47,463 nucleotides of DNA from Candidatus Acidiferrales bacterium (lineage in GTDB: Bacteria; Acidobacteriota; Terriglobia; Acidiferrales; UBA7541): NCBI GenBank assembly GCA_038236395.1, contig JBBRZT010000001.1:1-47463 (forward strand), in the 5' to 3' direction. The notes under the pieces are model-generated. The model saw only the letters and a program-made list of their open reading frames with translations. It was not told where the DNA came from and made no database searches. The translations under genes and the position numbers were made by a program. Below, piece after piece: positions 39,923 to 47,463 of this stretch. The number at the start of each line of letters is the position of its first letter. Position 1 is the stretch's first letter.

Positions 39923-40954
39923 TCAGGAAAGGCCCAGGTGATCGAGCTGGTAGCGGCCCTGGTTAATTACCTGGTCGTCGTCGATCCACACGTCGCACTT
40001 GCGGGTGAGCACGTCGACGTGCGTTTTCGAAGCCCAATCGGCATGGGTCTGGCTGCCGTAGGGGTCGCCGAAGGCCAGGTGGACGCCCGGATATTTTTCG
40101 TCCTGCAGCAGCACGCCGATCATGCGTGACAATCCCAGGTTGGTGCCGAAGGCCAGCTCGCCGACGCGATCGCTGTTTTTGTCGGTGTGGCAATACTCCC
40201 AGAACTCGCGCTCGAGATCTTTTCGCGCGCACTCCGCGCGGACCAGGCGCGCTTCCTTGATTTCCAGAATGAGTGGAGTGGATTGCAGGTCGCCGTATTT
40301 TCCGTTGAAGTGATCGCCGGCGGTGGCGTCGCAGACGAAAGTGCCGTCGACCGTCGCGGGTGTAGTAAAGACTTCGCCGGCGGGCAGGTTGGACCAGTAA
40401 CGCGGGCTGATCAGTCCGCTGGTTTTCACCCAGTCGAGGCCGGGATCGAAATGTGCGGCGATGTTGGTGCCTGCGTCGGTTTTTACCGTGAGGGTTTCGG
40501 CGCGCAGCATGCGTTCGCGCAGCTTGTCGCTGAGGCGGTCCACCAGGCGGTAGTCGGCGCGCATGCCCTGCTGCATGATTTCGGCGGTGACGCCCACCAT
40601 GTGGGCGTAGCGAATCTGGCGACGTTCGACAACTTTTACGATGGCCATGCGCGCGCCCAGTTCGCCGGGTTGCGGCGTCATGCACAGGATGCCCACGTCG
40701 GCCATTTCCAGCGCGTCCAGGATTTCTGGCGGAGCTTCGCGCATGGGGCGCGGGCCAAAATCCTCCAGCAAAAATGCATCGTACTCGGCGCCGCAGTCTT
40801 TCAGTGCGGCAGCCAGGCTGGCGGCGACCGCCTCGCTCACTTTGTCGGCAATCAATGCCACGCATTCGCCGGCGCGCACGGCCAGGCAGGTTTCCACGGC
40901 GTTTTTGGCACCGGGCATCAGTTCGGTTTTTGCGCTGCCGAAGGAACTTCGCAT
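39923..40954 (-). CDS. M29/aminopeptidase T-like (thermophilic metalloprotease) family protein
   Basis: NLPAGEVF, RVGELAFGTN, DEKYPGVHLAFG, HVDV motifs. Confidence 0.88.
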   Translation of the reverse strand: MRSSFGSAKTELMPGAKNAVETCLAVRAGECVALIADKVSEAVAASLAAALKDCGAEYDAFLLEDFGPRPMREAPPEILDALEMADVGILCMTPQPGELGARMAIVKVVERRQIRYAHMVGVTAEIMQQGMRADYRLVDRLSDKLRERMLRAETLTVKTDAGTNIAAHFDPGLDWVKTSGLISPRYWSNLPAGEVFTTPATVDGTFVCDATAGDHFNGKYGDLQSTPLILEIKEARLVRAECARKDLEREFWEYCHTDKNSDRVGELAFGTNLGLSRMIGVLLQDEKYPGVHLAFGDPYGSQTHADWASKTHVDVLTRKCDVWIDDDQVINQGRYQLDHLGLS

Positions 40955-41053
40955 TGCCTCTATTTTATCGAATTTATGGCGCGGAGTTAAGGCGTTCAGA
41001 GCGTCTGGTATCCCGTTGGTTCACTTTTTACTCGGTACTTTTCGTTGATCAGT

Positions 41054-42802
41054 TCACTTTGATTGTTCCGCGATCCACTGGTCGGTGCGGGCGTCGAGCA
41101 TGTCGAGCGGCAGTGTGCCGCCGTCGAGCATTTCATCGTGGAATTTGCGGATGTCGAACTTGGGGCCTAGCTTTTTTTCGGCGCGTTCGCGCAGCTCGCG
41201 AAATTTCAGTTGGCCGAGCTTGTAGCTGAGCGCCTGGGCGGGCCAGGAGATGTAGCGATCGGTTTCGCTTTGAATGGTGGGCTCGTCGACCGCGCCGGAC
41301 TTGCGGAAAAATTCGACGACCTGGTCTCGGCTCCAGCCCTTGGAGTGGATTCCGGTGTCGACCACCAGGCGCACCGCGCGGAATAGCTCTGAGGAGAGGC
41401 GGCCGTAATCGGAGACCGGGTCCTGGTAGAAGCCGACCTCTTTGCCGAGCTGCTCGGAGTACAGCGCCCAACCTTCGACATAGGCGTTGTAGCCCAGGCT
41501 GTGCTGGCGAAATTTTGGCAGGCCGGTGATTTGCTGCAGCACCGAGAGCTGCATGTGGTGGCCGGGAATTCCTTCGTGATAGGCGGTGGCTTCGTCATCG
41601 ATCAGCGAACGCTCGGCGAAGTGCGACGTGGCTACCACTACGCGGCCGGGGCGCTTGCCGTCGGGCGTGCCGGTGACATAGTGAGTCGCGGCGGCAGACT
41701 GAAATTCCGGGATGGCTTCGACAGTTACCGGGGCCTTGGGGAGTAGGGCGAAAAGCTGCGAGAGCTTGGGCTCCATCTGCGCGATGTAGCGGCGAAAATC
41801 GTCGAGGATCTGCTCGGCCGACTTGGGAATATATTTTGGATTGGTTTTCAGCGAGGCGCGGAAAGCGGCGAGATCGGCAAAGCCTTCTTTCTTGGCGATG
41901 GCCGTCATTTCTTTTTCGATGCGATCGATTTCGCGCAGGCCGAGCTGGTGGATCTCGTCGGGCGTCATGCGCGTGGTGGTGCGCGCGTAAATATTATTCT
42001 GGTAACGCTTCGCGCCGTCCGGCAGCGAGGTGATCGCCAGCGCGGTGCGGCCTTCGGGGGCGTATTTCTTGGCGATAAATTCCGCGAAATTCTTGTACGC
42101 GAGAATTACCTCGTTGTTGACGGTCTCGGTGATCTGTTGGGTCAGGCGTTTCTGGTCGGCGGCGGAAATGCTCGCGGGATATTTTTTTGTTGGCAGCAGG
42201 AAGGGATCGGCGTCGATGATTCCCTGACACTGCGCCGGGATTTTCTCCGCCAGAAAGCGTACCGGCATGAGTTTGTCTTTCATGCCGGCCTGCAGCACTT
42301 CGATGGTCTGGGTCAGCGCTTGCGGAATGTGTTTCAGGCGCGCGATGTAGTCCTCGTAATGCTTTACGGAATCGAACGGCACGGAAAGCGGCAGATCGGC
42401 GAGGCGAGTGTGCACACCGTTCTGCTGGTTGATGGGCATCTCGTATTCTTTCAGGTCGTAGTCGGCGATGCGCTGCTGCAGCACGCGCGTGAGCAGGTCG
42501 TGCGAGAGCGTTTCCTGATCGGAGAAGCCGCTGGTGGGAATGGCGGCGAGGCGCGCAAGAAACATCTCGTTGGCCTGATGGCGCTGCGCGACTCCGGCCA
42601 GCGAATAGTCATCCAGCTTGTCGTTGTACCGATAGTCGCCAAAGCCAGTGGCGCGCTCGGGATTGAGCCGCAGCTCGGACTCGAACTGTTCGTCGAAAAT
42701 TGCGTTCTGCGCGGCGAGGCGCTCGGCGATGGGTTTGGGTTCCTGGGAGTAAACGGAGTTTGCTGCGAGTAGAAAAACACACAGGCTCAGGTATCTGCGC
42801 AT
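41054..42802 (-). CDS. DUF885 domain protein (secreted, metallopeptidase-like)
   Basis: Signal peptide; YHEGIPGHHMQ, AYVEGWALYSE, RLVVDTGIH, PAQALSYKLG, FDIRKFHD. Confidence 0.93.
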   Translation of the reverse strand: MRRYLSLCVFLLAANSVYSQEPKPIAERLAAQNAIFDEQFESELRLNPERATGFGDYRYNDKLDDYSLAGVAQRHQANEMFLARLAAIPTSGFSDQETLSHDLLTRVLQQRIADYDLKEYEMPINQQNGVHTRLADLPLSVPFDSVKHYEDYIARLKHIPQALTQTIEVLQAGMKDKLMPVRFLAEKIPAQCQGIIDADPFLLPTKKYPASISAADQKRLTQQITETVNNEVILAYKNFAEFIAKKYAPEGRTALAITSLPDGAKRYQNNIYARTTTRMTPDEIHQLGLREIDRIEKEMTAIAKKEGFADLAAFRASLKTNPKYIPKSAEQILDDFRRYIAQMEPKLSQLFALLPKAPVTVEAIPEFQSAAATHYVTGTPDGKRPGRVVVATSHFAERSLIDDEATAYHEGIPGHHMQLSVLQQITGLPKFRQHSLGYNAYVEGWALYSEQLGKEVGFYQDPVSDYGRLSSELFRAVRLVVDTGIHSKGWSRDQVVEFFRKSGAVDEPTIQSETDRYISWPAQALSYKLGQLKFRELRERAEKKLGPKFDIRKFHDEMLDGGTLPLDMLDARTDQWIAEQSK

Positions 42803-43192
42803 AAGTTGGGAATCGTATCAGACCTTGGTTTGTCCATCTTTTGGGGTATTTACCAGAGGTGACAACACGTCACGCCCATCCCCGTGATCCGTGGTCGTTC
42901 CCCGAGCGATATGTTCTCACCACTATAGATGTTAGCTGTGTGACGCGCTTCGCCTACTGTAAACTACTGACAGCACAGCACATATTCTGTAAGAACCCAG
43001 GCGATATTTTCACAACTCAGCGCAAGATCACCTTGATATCTTACTTGTGACGCTTCCCCCTGGGATAGCGTGTGCCAGTAGCTTTAGCCCTTGCAGCCAT
43101 TCAGTTTTTCTTCCAGTAGTGGTGTCCTTCGTTAATTTCAGTACTTCCTTTAATTTTGTATTGCAGCCTGTACGTCGTTTCACTATATGCCA

Positions 43193-43210
43193 GTCAGTAA
43201 CATTACTGAC
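43193..43210. promoter_or_regulatory. Perfect 8-2-8 palindrome, candidate operator
   Basis: GTCAGTAA-CA-TTACTGAC, ~80 bp upstream of the small ORF at 43290. Confidence 0.45.
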
Positions 43211-43289
43211 AGCCGTACAAGTTGTTGAGTTTCTTCCAGCGTGACAGTTCTGGATGTTGCTTTCAGCATCCCAACTTTAGGAAGAAACA

Positions 43290-43436
43290 ATGTATATCGA
43301 CAGAGAAAAAATCCTCGCCGTAATGGCGGGATGTGCTCTTTACCTCCTGTTCGGCTCGAGCTTGGAAGACTATCGAGCATTTATAGACAGCCTGGTAATA
43401 GCAGACATCATCTCTAGAATTTTTTTCGAGAGGTAG
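43290..43436 (+). CDS. Small hydrophobic hypothetical protein (48 aa), absent from the ORF track
   Basis: AGGAAG RBS then ATG; MYIDREKILAVMAGCALYLLFGSSLEDYRAFIDSLVIADIISRIFFER*; co-oriented 37 bp upstream of the 452-aa gene. Confidence 0.5.
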   Translation: MYIDREKILAVMAGCALYLLFGSSLEDYRAFIDSLVIADIISRIFFER

Positions 43437-43473
43437 GCACTTAGAAGTGCCCCCTCAAATGGAGTGAACACAG

Positions 43474-44832
43474 TTGCTTAAACATGTGTTCCTAATTGAT
43501 GTTAGTCGGCATATTGGCCTGGCGCAGCCCGTAGTTATTGCTGCCCAGGCCTATGCCGCTAAATTTAATCCCGAACTCATCGAATGGTTTGCAAAGCCGT
43601 CGCAAGTCGCACACTTCGGAAACGGTGCAGCACAAGTTCACCGCGTGAGTTATGGCGTGAGTGCGTGGGTGAGCATCAACGAGCGAATTGGTGTACTCGC
43701 TGGCGATGGTTCCACCGATCGCGTTTTTCACGTGCTTTCATACGACGGGCAAGTATTGGGCGCTGCGTCGAAAATGAGTTCTTCGACGCTGGCGATTAGC
43801 TCTTTGAGTTTGGCTGGCCTGCAGAGAGATTTTCGGACGAGCTCGCCAACTCATATCGTCGATTCCAACGGCCAATCAATACCCCCCCGTGTCGCTACCG
43901 GTTCAATTCCACTTGGAGATGCGATCGAGTTGACGAAAAGGTTGTTAGCCGAGCGCGGCCACGATAGTCCTGGGAACCCTTTAAAGCAACTCTACTTGAG
44001 ACGCTTACTTTCTGAAAACGATTCTCGCGCGACGAAGAACCAAAATGATCCAAGTTCCGCTTCACTTGTTTCGAACATCGTTAATGACGGACTGGCAAGA
44101 GGATGGTTGGGACGAGTAAGACGGGATGACAAGCCGGGTACAGAGCGCATCTGGCTGGTTCGGCATGGAGTTCCTGTACAAGGTGCGGCCGAAGCCAAAG
44201 GTCCTGCCATTCTTGTCGGTCGATCTACAAGCGCGGATGTTATTACGACTGCATCCGCTCCTGTCGTGGAAAAAGGTCATGAGCGTTCAGTCCAAATGCA
44301 GAAGTGCCTCAAATCTCGCTTCATATATTCTCCGAAATTAATACGTGATTACATTTTTGCCGCTATGCGGTCTGCGATGGGTGACTTGGCCGCTAACCCT
44401 GTGACAGTGTCCCAATTGATACGGCAGGCCGGCGCTAAAGCTGAGGCAATCGCCAAAAACGAAGGCGTGAACTTCGATTTCTGGCGAGCAGCCTGTGATG
44501 GCGTCTTAGAGAACCTCGTGGCAGCAGGTGCTTTGCTTGACGAACAAAAGGCAACGATAACGTCTGGTCCCCATGCGCGAGGCACCAAGGTTCACGAACT
44601 GCAAGTGGATTTTGAGGATCGCTGCGAGGCCTATCTCTTGGAGTATCTAATCACTACTCTAGGCGATGTTGCGTGGCCGCGAGATCGCACAGCTATCGCC
44701 CATGCTCTTTTCAAGGTCGGCCCATCACGGAAGGAAGTTTACGAACTTCAAGAGAAAGTGGATGAGCTACTCGTACGACTCAGGGACAGAGTCGTCGAAA
44801 AGAAGGATGGCACACTGGTCGTTCAGTGCTAG
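43474..44832 (+). CDS. Hypothetical protein; possible degenerate PIN/NYN-like N-terminus plus LOTUS/OST-HTH-like and further winged-helix domains
   Basis: GGAG RBS then TTG; HVFLIDV and FHVLSYD echo the NYN/PIN strands (xFxD...SxD); the central helical segment with a WLGRV..RIWLV wing resembles a wHTH. Confidence 0.75.
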   Translation: MLKHVFLIDVSRHIGLAQPVVIAAQAYAAKFNPELIEWFAKPSQVAHFGNGAAQVHRVSYGVSAWVSINERIGVLAGDGSTDRVFHVLSYDGQVLGAASKMSSSTLAISSLSLAGLQRDFRTSSPTHIVDSNGQSIPPRVATGSIPLGDAIELTKRLLAERGHDSPGNPLKQLYLRRLLSENDSRATKNQNDPSSASLVSNIVNDGLARGWLGRVRRDDKPGTERIWLVRHGVPVQGAAEAKGPAILVGRSTSADVITTASAPVVEKGHERSVQMQKCLKSRFIYSPKLIRDYIFAAMRSAMGDLAANPVTVSQLIRQAGAKAEAIAKNEGVNFDFWRAACDGVLENLVAAGALLDEQKATITSGPHARGTKVHELQVDFEDRCEAYLLEYLITTLGDVAWPRDRTAIAHALFKVGPSRKEVYELQEKVDELLVRLRDRVVEKKDGTLVVQC

Positions 44833-44987
44833 CCTAGCTCACTGGATTCAACGTAGTTTTGTGGCCGCTAGTGACATGCTGTCCTTACCGATATTTCCCT
44901 CGCAGAAACCTCCCCGGGCAAGATAATGGCGGTGGCCGACCCTTATTCGATTGTGAACGCGGGCGGCGGGTCCGTCTTTTGGAGTTT

Positions 44988-46424
44988 TTAAATTGTGGGG
45001 ATTTTCGCCGCGCTGCCTCTCGGCGCCCATTCTTTCTTTGCTACGCGGAAGGAGGGGACCTGGCCGCCGCCGCTGGTTACGTTGGCGAGGCCGGTGGCGC
45101 TTAGGCGGGTGAGGTAGCCGCTTAGTTTGCCGCGGAAGAGGTAGGGGGCGAAGTCGACCAGCATGTCGCGGAACTCGACGTTGCCCTTGGGCGTGACGTA
45201 GGGGAAGACTTCGCGGCGGATGGGGATGCGCTCCTGGACGATCCAGCAATTTCCGCCGGCTTCGGCGCTGCTGCCGGAAATGGCGGACTGGATCGTGGTG
45301 TCCCACGCGCTCTCGCTGGTTTCCCAGCCTAGCGTGACGCCGGTGCCGCCGTATTCGTCGCTGGGCTTGAGCACCAGGTTTTCGCGCTCTTTGCGGATGA
45401 AGGCCAGCAGGTCCACCGGCTTGTCGTAGTGCGCGGTGCTGACGTCTGCCACTACGCGCGTCCAGGGGACGTGGCGCTGGATGATTTCGCGCTCGCCGTG
45501 GGAAAAAAGCGCGCCGTTGCGTTCATCGGTCAGCACAGCGAAGAAAGTTTTCACGTGGGGGATTTTGCAGCGGAAGGAATTGGCGACGCAGACAGCGTTG
45601 GCAGTGTAGGCCTTCACCAGCGCGGCGCATTCCTTGGGGCGGGCCACGATGTCGTTCATCAACACGCGGCGGTACACCAGGTCGATTTTTTTGCCGTGAG
45701 CGGTGAGTTTTTTTCCGTCGAAGACCAGGTCGCGCGGATCGGAAATCACCGTGGGCACGCCCATTTTCTGGAAGCGGGCCTGCAGAATCTCAAATTCCCG
45801 CCAGGTGGGGACGCCCTTCCAGTCCACGATGGCGATCTGCGGGCGCTTGCTGGTGCCGCCCCAATCCAGATAGCTCATCACCAGCGCCTCGAGCAGTTTG
45901 GCGATCAGCGGATAGCTGTGGACTTCGAAGGCTTTGGCAAATTTCGGCATCACCGGAAATTCACTGAAAATTTCGCTCAGCGTTTCCGAATAGCCCGCAC
46001 CCGCCGGCGATTCGCCGTTGTACTCCGCGAACTTCAGCGATTCGGGCAGCAGGAAGGCATCGAGGCGCGACGATGTACTGACGCGGCCGTAGCCAGCGGG
46101 CAGACGCGCCAGGCGTTCTTCTTCGGGACGCAAATGAAATTGGGCCAGAAGATTTTTGTCTTCCAGCGCGGCGATGGTTACGCGTTCGGCTAGCTCGGCA
46201 ATCGTTTCGGCTACCGGGCGCACGCGCTTTTCGTCCTGAGGAGAAAGAAAAAACGGGCGGAGGAATGGGCAATGCACGCGATCGCCGAAGGTTAATTTCG
46301 ACGAACGTAGCTCACCCATGAAATCGTCGGCCAGTTGAGGCGTTTTCTCCAGAAGCGGACGCAGCAGAGCGTCCCAGTATTCGGCGGGATTGCCTTCGAT
46401 GGGTTTTGCGGAGGCGGCGCTCAT
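44988..46424 (-). CDS. Circularly permuted type ATP-grasp (glutathionylspermidine synthase-like) ligase
   Basis: Start ATG 46424 overlaps the upstream stop (ATGA); RLDAF, FAEYNGESPAG, IDLVYRR, LVLKPSDEYGGTGV, WIVQE, ANVTSGGG. Confidence 0.88.
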   Translation of the reverse strand: MSAASAKPIEGNPAEYWDALLRPLLEKTPQLADDFMGELRSSKLTFGDRVHCPFLRPFFLSPQDEKRVRPVAETIAELAERVTIAALEDKNLLAQFHLRPEEERLARLPAGYGRVSTSSRLDAFLLPESLKFAEYNGESPAGAGYSETLSEIFSEFPVMPKFAKAFEVHSYPLIAKLLEALVMSYLDWGGTSKRPQIAIVDWKGVPTWREFEILQARFQKMGVPTVISDPRDLVFDGKKLTAHGKKIDLVYRRVLMNDIVARPKECAALVKAYTANAVCVANSFRCKIPHVKTFFAVLTDERNGALFSHGEREIIQRHVPWTRVVADVSTAHYDKPVDLLAFIRKERENLVLKPSDEYGGTGVTLGWETSESAWDTTIQSAISGSSAEAGGNCWIVQERIPIRREVFPYVTPKGNVEFRDMLVDFAPYLFRGKLSGYLTRLSATGLANVTSGGGQVPSFRVAKKEWAPRGSAAKIPTI

Positions 46425-47461
46425 TTGGCTTTGCGCTTTGCCGGCTTGGCTGCGGTCGCCGACTCCGGTGTTGCGGATTGCTGCACGGGACTGTTTGGGG
46501 CGGGGCTGCTCGGCGGAGGACCGACTTGCCCGGCCGCCTGCGCGGCCCACGATTTCGGCGCGCCGGTGAACCCTGCCGGCCCCGCGCTTTGATTGCCCGC
46601 GCCGATGGCCAACATTTCTTCCCATCGCGGCCAGGAGTTGGATGCTTTGCCGGTCAGCGCGCGGTCGATGACCAGCCGGGCCATTTTGTCCACCACCTGC
46701 TCGAAATAAAAATCTGTGATGCGGTCTCGTTCAAAATCCGGCGCGGCATTCAGAAAATCGATGGCGTACGGTACGCCGTCCTGGACGGCAAATTCGATGG
46801 TGTTCATTTCGTAGCCGAGGGCCTGGTTGATGGTCTGCGCGTCTTTCACCACGCGCTCGCCCAGCTCCGCGGAAAGATATTGGTGATCGACGATGTACTT
46901 CCGGTCTTTAGGATCGTAGTGCACCGGCAAAATATCCGTTTTGCCGAACGTGAAACAGCGCACGTATTTATTGAAATTGATGAATTCCTGCAGGGTCATG
47001 CAATACGGCGCGGTCTGGTCGTAGGCGGCGAACAGCTCTTCTTTGGTGTGCACTTTGTAAACGTGTTTCCAGCCGCCGCCTGAATATGGCTTCAGAATCG
47101 CCGGGCGCCCCACGTAATCGAGCAGCGCGTCCCAGTCGATGGGATATTCAAGGTTGTGCAGCGACTCGGCATTTATGTCCACATCCTTGGGGTAGCCCTT
47201 TTGCGGCAGTAGGACCGTCTTTGGAATGGCGATACCGAGTTTGGCCGCGACTGAATAATTAAAATATTTATCGTCGGCGGTCCACCAGAAGGGATTGTTG
47301 ATCACGTAGCTGCCCTGCAGGGCGGCGTGCTTGAGGTAGCCGCGGTAATATTCGACTTCATGGGAAATGCGATCGACGATTACGCTGTATTTCGCGGGTT
47401 CGTCCATTCGAGTGCCACCCAGTTTCACGAACTCCGCCGTGACGCCGTCTTTCGCGCCCAG
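46421..47461 (-). CDS. RimK/glutathione synthetase-like ATP-grasp protein (5' end beyond window)
   Basis: DRISHE, INNPFWW.ADDK, IPKTVLLP, PAILKPYSGGGW, LQEFI, NTIEFA, AIDFLN; the frame is open to the window edge. Confidence 0.9.
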   Translation of the reverse strand: MGAKDGVTAEFVKLGGTRMDEPAKYSVIVDRISHEVEYYRGYLKHAALQGSYVINNPFWWTADDKYFNYSVAAKLGIAIPKTVLLPQKGYPKDVDINAESLHNLEYPIDWDALLDYVGRPAILKPYSGGGWKHVYKVHTKEELFAAYDQTAPYCMTLQEFINFNKYVRCFTFGKTDILPVHYDPKDRKYIVDHQYLSAELGERVVKDAQTINQALGYEMNTIEFAVQDGVPYAIDFLNAAPDFERDRITDFYFEQVVDKMARLVIDRALTGKASNSWPRWEEMLAIGAGNQSAGPAGFTGAPKSWAAQAAGQVGPPPSSPAPNSPVQQSATPESATAAKPAKRKAK

Positions 47462-47463
47462 CG

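Larger units (their letters stand above)
42832..44990. mobile_element. Candidate inserted islet flanked by imperfect 21-bp direct repeats
   Basis: GTCCATCTTTTGGGGTATTTA (42832-42852) vs GTCCGTCTTTTGGAGTTTTTA (44970-44990), 18/21 identical; interior visibly lower GC and on the opposite strand to both flanking genes. Confidence 0.5.

Overview
This GC-rich bacterial window has a gene repertoire typical of Acidobacteriota: Oar-like TonB-dependent receptors, a VWA-domain protein, a DUF3857/transglutaminase pair and YXWGXW-repeat proteins. The taxon is inferred from gene content. Positions 1-3770 are the right arm of an integrative island whose tyrosine integrase abuts the 3' end of tRNA-Pro(CGG); its cargo includes a TonB-dependent receptor gene broken by a large internal deletion. 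Two intact TonB receptors follow, one with a clear sigma54-type promoter. The core region holds serA, YqeY, an OPT transporter, a Nif3-like protein, rhomboid, pyk, gpmI, several peptidases, a ferredoxin, two tandem YXWGXW paralogues and an ATP-grasp/circularly permuted ATP-grasp pair running off the right edge. The most unusual feature is a ~2.1 kb lower-GC islet (42832-44990) bracketed by imperfect 21-bp direct repeats. It encodes an unannotated 48-aa hydrophobic ORF and a 452-aa protein that looks like a degenerate PIN/NYN fused to LOTUS-like winged helices. An orphan pair of palindromic operator-like sites also lies between convergent genes at 21501-21550. All family calls come from motif recognition by eye; no searches were run.
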